Positions 35,238-41,371 of a stretch of DNA of 64,000 bases are shown one piece after another. Source of the stretch: an uncultured Verrucomicrobiota bacterium (GTDB lineage: Bacteria; Verrucomicrobiota; Verrucomicrobiia; Limisphaerales; SXQI01); contig CAZMKE010000008.1 of assembly GCA_964566945.1 (NCBI GenBank), forward strand, positions 81,222 through 145,221, written 5' to 3'. Under the pieces are notes generated by a model. That model made no database searches. It was given only the letters and a program-made list of their open reading frames with translations, and was not told the DNA's origin. The translations under genes were made by a program, and so were the position numbers. Numbering within the stretch: the stretch's first letter is position 1; the number at the start of each line of letters is the position of its first letter.

Positions 35238-37277
35238 ATGAACGAATCAGAAAATACCAACCACGGCCCCGGTGCGTCCGCAGAAGGGGTAACGCGGCGT
35301 GAGTTTGTCGCCACGGTCGGCGTCACCGCCGCCGCCATTGCCGCCGCCGCGCAACCGCGGCAGGCCCGAGCCGCAAATGCCGCCACGGCGGTCTACCGAA
35401 TTCATCCGGCGATTGGCATCGCGCGGCTCGGAAACCTGGACCCGGATCAAGGCTTCATCGTCGGCCCGGAGATCCCGGGGCAACGCGCAACAGACGGCCT
35501 GACGAATCAGGAAGCTCTGAACTACAAGGTGAACGGGCAGGTAAAACCTCAAGCTGCCCGCTTCCGCATTTTCAAATATGAACCCGATGCGAACGGCAAA
35601 CTCACCCCAACGGGTGAAGTCGTGCCCCAAACCGGATCAACCGGCGGTCCTTTTGTCAGCGCGATCACCTGGAAGGTTCATCTCGCCAATCGCAAAGCGT
35701 CCTTTTACGAAGAAAACGGCCCGAGCGGCGAGACCCACGCATCCGGGGCCCTCCGCAACCCAACGATCAGCGATCGAGCTTCCCTCGAGAGCGACTTTGG
35801 GCCGCGCTCGATCTCTGGCCGGCTCGCGCCGCCCCAACTCTTCACGCCCGGAACCGGAGGCGGCTACGCCGTTCGGCAGGTCAAAGCCTCGGACGGCTCC
35901 ACGGTGATCGATTACCTGGGCCAGCTCCGCACCGATCCGGATGGACACCTCTTGGTATTCGGCGGACGGGGCAAGTCCGCTTCGAGCATTTCCCCGCCGC
36001 AGCCGCTCACGCACTGGTCGAACAACAACTATTGGTTCGACGATATCGCGGATGGCCCGGTCACCGCGATCGTCACGATCAACGATGGCCAGGGCAACCT
36101 GACGGATATTCCCGTGGACGCAGCGGGCAAGGCCTGGGTGCTGGTCGCGCCGCCCGATTTTTCACCGGGGCTGCAGAGCGCCGTTTCGCTCTACGATCTC
36201 CTCTACGACCTGGGCGTGCGGAAGCTCGCGATTCCGGCCAGCAATGCGCTCTACGCCGACGGCGGACCGCTGGCCCGCCTCCGCCAATTGCACGACGCCT
36301 GGACGGCGTGGCAGGCTAACCCTTCCCCCGACGGGTTCGAGTTCGGAGCGATTCAGCCGGATTACCAGTCCGAGATCTGGCCGATGATCCTCAACGCGGT
36401 GAACTACGTTTACACCACGGGCCTGGTGAACTTTAAACACGGCAACATGCTGACCGATCCGCTCGGAGATCCCAGCCCGGCCGCCGCGAAGGATCGCAAA
36501 ACCTTTTTCGGTTTTGTCCGCCCGCCGGAAAATGCCGCCACGAATGTCAATGGCCCGGCCACCATGCCCCGCCTCTACGGCGACAACTGGTACATCGGCA
36601 ACGAAAACTTCGCCTCGACGTTTGGTCAGAATGGCCCGGGCAATGCCGGGGGCGGGGCGGTCCAAGGAACCGGCCCTCGAAAAGTTCCGAAGTACCAGCG
36701 GTACATGACGCTCACGCCTACTCAGTACGGGCTGCTACGCTCCTGGTGTGCCGGAAACTTTGTCCCCCCTCCGGGCAGCTCGACGCCGGACACCACGATT
36801 ACCCCGCACGGCCTCGACCGGGCGAACCTGGAGAATTGCATCGGCGGCCCGTTTTACCCTGGGATTGAGTGCAGCTGGCAAATGCGAAATCCCCTGCTCT
36901 TCATCGAGCCATTTCGCTTGGATCACGCCGCGACCAGCCAGTATCTCCGCCCCGATGGCACTCCCGAAGGAACAACGATTACGGCGGGGCATTTCTCACG
37001 CCAGATGGCTCTGCCGTGGCAAGCGGACTTCAACGACTGCTCCAAGGCGCTGAACCTCGGCTGGTGGCCCTCGGCCCGTCCGGATGATGTGTTCCTCAAT
37101 GTGAACGACAAGCTCCAGGACCGCGTTCCATGGGCGCGCCCCGACACGAAATGGCCCAGCGGCAGCACCAGCTCCAGCCACGAGGACATGGTGGGCAGTT
37201 GGTACAAGTTCGGGTTCGTTCTGGAGGATGGCCCGGGCTTTTATCTCGAGAAGGAGCGAAACAGCCAGGTGCCCTAA
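35238..37277 (+). CDS. LodA/GoxA-family cysteine tryptophylquinone (CTQ) quinoprotein oxidase homolog with a Tat signal
   Basis: It has the Tat signal TRREFVATVGVTAAAIAAAAQPRQARA. LodA-like blocks are present: YRIHPAIGIARLGN, WKVHLANRKASFYEE, DFGPRSISG, LGQLRTDPDGHLLVFGGRG, WFDDIADGPVT, PGIECSW and LPWQADFNDC. Confidence 0.8.
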   Translation: MNESENTNHGPGASAEGVTRREFVATVGVTAAAIAAAAQPRQARAANAATAVYRIHPAIGIARLGNLDPDQGFIVGPEIPGQRATDGLTNQEALNYKVNGQVKPQAARFRIFKYEPDANGKLTPTGEVVPQTGSTGGPFVSAITWKVHLANRKASFYEENGPSGETHASGALRNPTISDRASLESDFGPRSISGRLAPPQLFTPGTGGGYAVRQVKASDGSTVIDYLGQLRTDPDGHLLVFGGRGKSASSISPPQPLTHWSNNNYWFDDIADGPVTAIVTINDGQGNLTDIPVDAAGKAWVLVAPPDFSPGLQSAVSLYDLLYDLGVRKLAIPASNALYADGGPLARLRQLHDAWTAWQANPSPDGFEFGAIQPDYQSEIWPMILNAVNYVYTTGLVNFKHGNMLTDPLGDPSPAAAKDRKTFFGFVRPPENAATNVNGPATMPRLYGDNWYIGNENFASTFGQNGPGNAGGGAVQGTGPRKVPKYQRYMTLTPTQYGLLRSWCAGNFVPPPGSSTPDTTITPHGLDRANLENCIGGPFYPGIECSWQMRNPLLFIEPFRLDHAATSQYLRPDGTPEGTTITAGHFSRQMALPWQADFNDCSKALNLGWWPSARPDDVFLNVNDKLQDRVPWARPDTKWPSGSTSSSHEDMVGSWYKFGFVLEDGPGFYLEKERNSQVP

Positions 37278-37361
37278 AGCGTGGAAACACCGGCGAGCAA
37301 TGAAGCCATGTTTGAAAGGCCCCGGCGGGCGGGCGGCGGCATTTGAACGCGGCGCCGCCAA

Positions 37362-37841
37362 GTGAAGAAGCCCAAGGAGATCTCCCGGCGGGCGCTGCTG
37401 ACCCTATGGCGGACAGCCGCCCGGCCCGTGCCGAAACCACCGGACGCCCAAGCCCGCCCTGAAGACCAGGGCTCCCCGCGCGTGTTACGGCAAGCACCCA
37501 CGCCGCTGCCATGGTTGCTGCGCGAACCGGTAGAGCAGGCCGCGGAAACGCCACTGGCGGGAGAGCCTTTAGTGGCGTTGATCGACGCCACCCGATGCAC
37601 CGCGTGGCGCGGGTTGCCGTGCCGGATTTGCTATGATCTCTGTCCCGTCCCGGGAGCGATCACGATGTCACGCCGTGCGCGCTCGTTCGTCCCCACCGAC
37701 GGGCCAGCGGACTGCACCGGCTGCGGAATCTGCCGCGAACATTGCCCGGCCAACGGCGCCATTCGCCTTGGTCCGGGATCACACGACGAGCATGTGTCCC
37801 GGCGCGTCCGCGTCCTTCAGCCCGAACCGGGGGAGGAATGA
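37362..37841 (+). CDS. 2x[4Fe-4S] ferredoxin-domain protein
   Basis: It has one canonical cluster motif, CTGCGICREHCP, and one atypical motif, CTAWRGLPCRICYDLCP. It uses a GTG start. The N-terminus contains ISRRALL, which is RR-like but lacks a good hydrophobic core. Confidence 0.65.
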   Translation: MKKPKEISRRALLTLWRTAARPVPKPPDAQARPEDQGSPRVLRQAPTPLPWLLREPVEQAAETPLAGEPLVALIDATRCTAWRGLPCRICYDLCPVPGAITMSRRARSFVPTDGPADCTGCGICREHCPANGAIRLGPGSHDEHVSRRVRVLQPEPGEE

Positions 37842-37857
37842 GCGCTGAAGACACTCC

Positions 37858-39309
37858 ATGCCGATTGAAAGCCAGGCGCTCGGAATGACCGACGCACTTA
37901 TCCTCGGAGGCGGTCCGGCCGGACTTGTTCTGGCCATTCTCCTGCGCCGCCTCGGCCACTCTGTGATCGTCCTCGAGCGCAGCCGCTACGAACGGCCGCG
38001 GGCTGGCGAAACGTTTGGCGGCGAATTGCGCTCCCTGCTGAGCGCGCTGGGTTTGGAAGCCCCACTCTCCGGGGTCCAGCGCACGCCATTCCGCGGGGTG
38101 CGATCCGCGTGGGGCAGCGAAGATCTCGTGGATCGGTCCTCGCTATTCAACCCGTTCGGCGAGGGGTGGCATGTCGATCGCGCCGAATTTGACGCGGCGC
38201 TCGCTCACACGGCCCGGATGGAGGGGGTGGACGTTCGGCTGGAAACGCGCCCGAAGTCCATCGATCGCGAAGGCATTGACCGATGGCTTGTCCGGACCAA
38301 GGACGGGAACGCGCTAGCCGCGCGGTATCTGGTGGATGCGAGCGGCCGGGGAGCGCCCGCCAGCGCGCCGGCCATCCCTGGGCGGCGCTGGCTGCAAATG
38401 GACCGGATGGTTGCGGTAATGGCGCGGCTCCGCGCCCCGGACTCGCACGCGTGGGAGATCGCACCGGAACTCCTGCTTGAAGCCGTGCCCGAGGGCTGGT
38501 GGTACTCTGCTCCGCAACCGGGCAACACTCTGCTGATTACGCTGATGACCGACGCCGATCTCATGCCCGCGGGACCACGCGATCGTCTGGCAGAAGCGTT
38601 TGCCGCCGCGCTCTCACGCAGCGACTTCACCGCGCAACGCGGCCGGGCAGGCAAACTCGAAGGCGCTCCCTCCATCGTTCGCGCGGACACGGGCCTGCTC
38701 CTCCCGGATCACGGCCCTGGCTGGCGCGCAATCGGCGATGCCGCGATGAGTTGCGATCCCTTGGCCGGCGACGGCGTCACGCGCGCAGTCCGCACCGCCG
38801 CGAACGCCGCTCCCGACATCCATCGGGCTCTCGCGGGGAATTCCCCGGCAGGCCATCCAGCCGATCTGCCTCAGGCGGCTGGAGATTCTCCTGGGCCTTT
38901 CACGGGATACCTTGAGCTTCGTTCCCGCTATTACAAGCGAGAGAGCCGGTTCTCACGCGCGCTTTTCTGGTCTCGCCGCCAGCCCTTGGACTGGCGGGTG
39001 GCCCCCATTTTCCTCGATCCGGTCCAGCGCCTTCATTGCCCGGAACTCCCGCTCAAACGAGAAGATCTCGCCCCAGTCGAAGCGTTGGTGCCGCCTCGGG
39101 CCTTGCGCTCTTTGCTCGAGAGACTGCGCCAGCCCATGCCCGCTCACCAGGCGCTGGCAGCCCTACGATCCGAAGCGCCCCTCGAGAATCGGCGGTTGCT
39201 GGCAGGAATGCAGGATCTGATCGCCCGCGGCATTCTGCAGGCCAGCGGCTCCAACAAGAATCGCGAGGAAATTTCGCGAAATCCCGGAAAGGCAGAAGAA
39301 ATCCATTGA
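37858..39309 (+). CDS. LodB-like FAD-dependent oxidoreductase (flavoprotein for CTQ biogenesis; halogenase/monooxygenase fold)
   Basis: It has the dinucleotide fold ALILGGGPAGLVLAILLRRLGHSVIVLER and the GD motif AIGDAAMSCDPLAGDGVTRA. It sits downstream of the lodA-like gene, as in known lodAB/goxAB operons. Confidence 0.75.
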   Translation: MPIESQALGMTDALILGGGPAGLVLAILLRRLGHSVIVLERSRYERPRAGETFGGELRSLLSALGLEAPLSGVQRTPFRGVRSAWGSEDLVDRSSLFNPFGEGWHVDRAEFDAALAHTARMEGVDVRLETRPKSIDREGIDRWLVRTKDGNALAARYLVDASGRGAPASAPAIPGRRWLQMDRMVAVMARLRAPDSHAWEIAPELLLEAVPEGWWYSAPQPGNTLLITLMTDADLMPAGPRDRLAEAFAAALSRSDFTAQRGRAGKLEGAPSIVRADTGLLLPDHGPGWRAIGDAAMSCDPLAGDGVTRAVRTAANAAPDIHRALAGNSPAGHPADLPQAAGDSPGPFTGYLELRSRYYKRESRFSRALFWSRRQPLDWRVAPIFLDPVQRLHCPELPLKREDLAPVEALVPPRALRSLLERLRQPMPAHQALAALRSEAPLENRRLLAGMQDLIARGILQASGSNKNREEISRNPGKAEEIH

Positions 39310-39344
39310 CGCAATCACTTTAATTAGATAATTTCTAGCTACTT

Positions 39345-39595
39345 TCGATGGAAACCTGCACAAACATATCAACCTTGAACCGGCCAATGATGCCGATCGC
39401 GCCGATTATGCGTGCGACACGTCATAATTGGTCCAGTCCGGGTTATATCGTCAGCCTGGGCTTATCCATTTCGTATCAAGGGCAAGGCCTCAAAACACGT
39501 TTTGGATACTCAGAAAGGAAGCAGGCAAAATAGGAACATTATAGAATTTTGAAAACCCTGCTTACCGAAACGTAAGCAGGGTTTTTTGTTTTTCA
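39345..39595 (+). ncRNA. candidate ~250-nt small RNA or leader, bounded by a sigma70-like promoter and an intrinsic terminator
   Basis: TTGACG (39306-39311) is followed by a 15-nt spacer and GATAAT (39327-39332). A strong terminator lies at 39552-39595. The region is 43% G+C by hand count. The internal 61-aa ORF has no SD and unconvincing composition. Confidence 0.3.
39552..39595 (+). terminator. rho-independent terminator (bidirectional architecture)
   Basis: An AAAA run precedes a perfect 10-bp stem CCCTGCTTAC/GTAAGCAGGG (39556-39565 / 39572-39581) with a 6-nt loop. The stem is followed by TTTTTTGTTTTT. Confidence 0.8.
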
Positions 39596-40218
39596 GGATG
39601 AATGACAAGCAGCGCAAACCCAGGAGAAGCAAGCCGTGGACGATGATCTGACGACATCTTGATGATGTCTAGCGACACAATGAAATGGGCGCCGGAGAGC
39701 CGAAGCTCTCCACCGACGAACTTTGCCTCGAGGCGATTTCGAACAGCGCCAAACAGATTCAGCCAGATTTTACAATCAAAGGGCTTCGGAGGAGGTGTGC
39801 CCAAAAACACCGAAACAGCCGCCGTGAAACCGCGGGTTGGGACTTAACCAGTCACCAAGAGGTGTCTGTCTTTTTCCTTCCGGGAGGGATGAGCCTGCCC
39901 ATCCATTCCATTCGATTTTCCAGACGCAGCCTCCCTTCCGCTCGAAGTTTCCTGCCAACTAACTAGTGTTTAGGGTAGCGGCTCAGCCGAAGGCGCCGGA
40001 ACGATTGCTTTCAATTACTTTTCGATCTTTCACTGCGGGAAGAATGAGATTCAGCCAAGCCTCATAAGCTTCGGTTTCGTGGGCGCAACTCCCACTCCCG
40101 CAACCAATTTTCCAGCGCGGCGGAAGAACTCCGCCAGCAGCCGGCCGCCGGGATCCAAATCCCCCTTCGGCTCGGTCAATCCACCCGTCAACACATCAAC
40201 CTCAAATCAAGGAGTTCT

Positions 40219-40368
40219 ATGAAAACAGCCATCCGTTACCGCAGCCAGTTGTTGCTTCGCAAGAGTTATCGGCCGGTGCGAGCGATCCGAGCTCAGCCGG
40301 GGACACATGTGGTCTCAAAGCCGCCACGCCGGTTTGGGCTGAAGCCCAGGCTGGAACTAATTCCGTGA
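40219..40368 (+). CDS. small highly basic hypothetical protein (49 aa; not in the ORF track)
   Basis: AAGGAG (40209-40214) sits 4 nt before the ATG. Hand translation gives MKTAIRYRSQLLLRKSYRPVRAIRAQPGTHVVSKPPRRFGLKPRLELIP. Its stop overlaps the GTG of the next ORF (GTGA). Confidence 0.35.
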   Translation: MKTAIRYRSQLLLRKSYRPVRAIRAQPGTHVVSKPPRRFGLKPRLELIP

Positions 40369-40370
40369 GA

Positions 40371-40577
40371 ATGGGCGCTCAGAGCAATGAAAAGGCGCCC
40401 ACTGACCCTGTTTATAAAATGAAAATGACGACGAATGTTTCGGCAAGGGCGCTCCCCGCCACCACCCAGCAAGGACGATGGCGAGTGATCGGGCTTCTCA
40501 TCCGTTGCGCCGACCTGCTCGCGAAACCCCTCACTGATTGGCCTCGCGAGGTTCAGGAGTCTTATCTGGCTCGTTGA
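40371..40577 (+). CDS. small hypothetical protein (68 aa from the ATG; 70 aa from the GTG at 40365)
   Basis: The ORF is coupled to the preceding small ORF. I recognise no family, and the coding status is uncertain. Confidence 0.25.
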   Translation: MGAQSNEKAPTDPVYKMKMTTNVSARALPATTQQGRWRVIGLLIRCADLLAKPLTDWPREVQESYLAR

Positions 40578-40704
40578 GCCGCTTTGATCGATTTCTCGGG
40601 ACGAACCGCTAAACGGCACGAGGCGCTCCGTGGAGCGCGGAGCGCCTCATTCGCCCGGGAAAGCCAAAAGGCAGACACCTCGAAAATGCCTGCATAAGGA
40701 AGCT

Positions 40705-41289
40705 ATGGACCAGATCCTCAAACGAAATATCGTGCTCGTGCTGAATCGATTCTGGCAGGCGATCGACATTTGAACGCCCGCCGACGCGTTTTGCCGCATG
40801 GCTGCCAATGTAGCCACGGCTTTGGAAATCGAAGGAGCGGGCCAGGTCCGACCGGTTTCGTGGCCCGATTGGCTCGGGCTGCCCATCCGTGACCGCGACC
40901 TTGCCGTCAGCACGGTGCGCGGCCCGGTCCGCGTCCCGACCGTGATCGTAGCCGTGAACTTCAGCAGAGTGCCGAAAAAACGGCCCCGTCTGAATGCCGT
41001 CAATGTTCGCCTCCGCGACGGAGGCCGCTGCCAGTATACCGGCCGCGAACTCGGGCCGAACGAAGGCAATCTGGATCACATCATCCCGCGTTCCAAAGGC
41101 GGGGCGAGCACTTGGGAAAACCTGGTCTGGGCCTCAAAGGAGGTGAATGCCCGAAAGGGCGACCGACTGCCTCACGAGGCCGGCCTCAAGCTGCTCAAGG
41201 TTCCCAAGGCGCCAAAGGAGCTGCCTGTCACGGCGGTCCTCAGAAATCTGGCGGGGATTCCGGATTGGAAGTTGTTCCTGGCCGAATGA
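40705..41289 (+). pseudogene. HNH endonuclease (McrA/COG1403-type, ~190 aa family) interrupted by an in-frame TGA at 40771-40773
   Basis: The upstream 22 codons, MDQILKRNIVLVLNRFWQAIDI, are the family's conserved N-terminus and are in frame with the 163-aa track ORF (40798-41289). That ORF carries the HNH motif GNLDHIIPRSKGGASTWENLVWASKEVNARKG. Confidence 0.7.
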
Positions 41290-41293
41290 CTGC

Positions 41294-41323
41294 GGGAGGA
41301 GCGATGGCCTGGTCGCTCCTCCC
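41294..41323. terminator. GC-rich perfect 11-bp hairpin between convergent genes (no U-tract)
   Basis: The stem is GGGAGGAGCGA / TCGCTCCTCCC with an 8-nt loop. It starts 5 nt after the HNH stop. Confidence 0.4.
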
Positions 41324-41371
41324 AAACGAGCGCCGTAGCTCCGGGTTTCCTTTCGCCTTGGCTAAAACAGG

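Noticed and set aside
39348-39533. The 61-aa ORF inside the AT-rich promoter/terminator unit, considered as a protein-coding gene.
   Set aside because: It has no SD, would have to be leaderless, belongs to no family I recognise, and has atypical composition. I kept it only as an alternative explanation under the sRNA finding.
40771-40773. The in-frame TGA in the HNH gene read as selenocysteine or as Trp recoding.
   Set aside because: I saw no SECIS-like hairpin within the following ~40 nt, and there are no sel genes in the window. TGA is clearly used as a genuine stop by many well-supported genes here, for example the HNH gene itself, lodB-like and DUF362.
39310-41371. tRNA/tmRNA attachment site or flanking direct repeats that would define a mobile element.
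   Set aside because: I found no T-loop (GGTTCGAnnCC) or acceptor-CCA pattern by eye. The only shared flank string is a 7-mer, TTAATTA (about 39320 and about 41368), which is too short to be meaningful.
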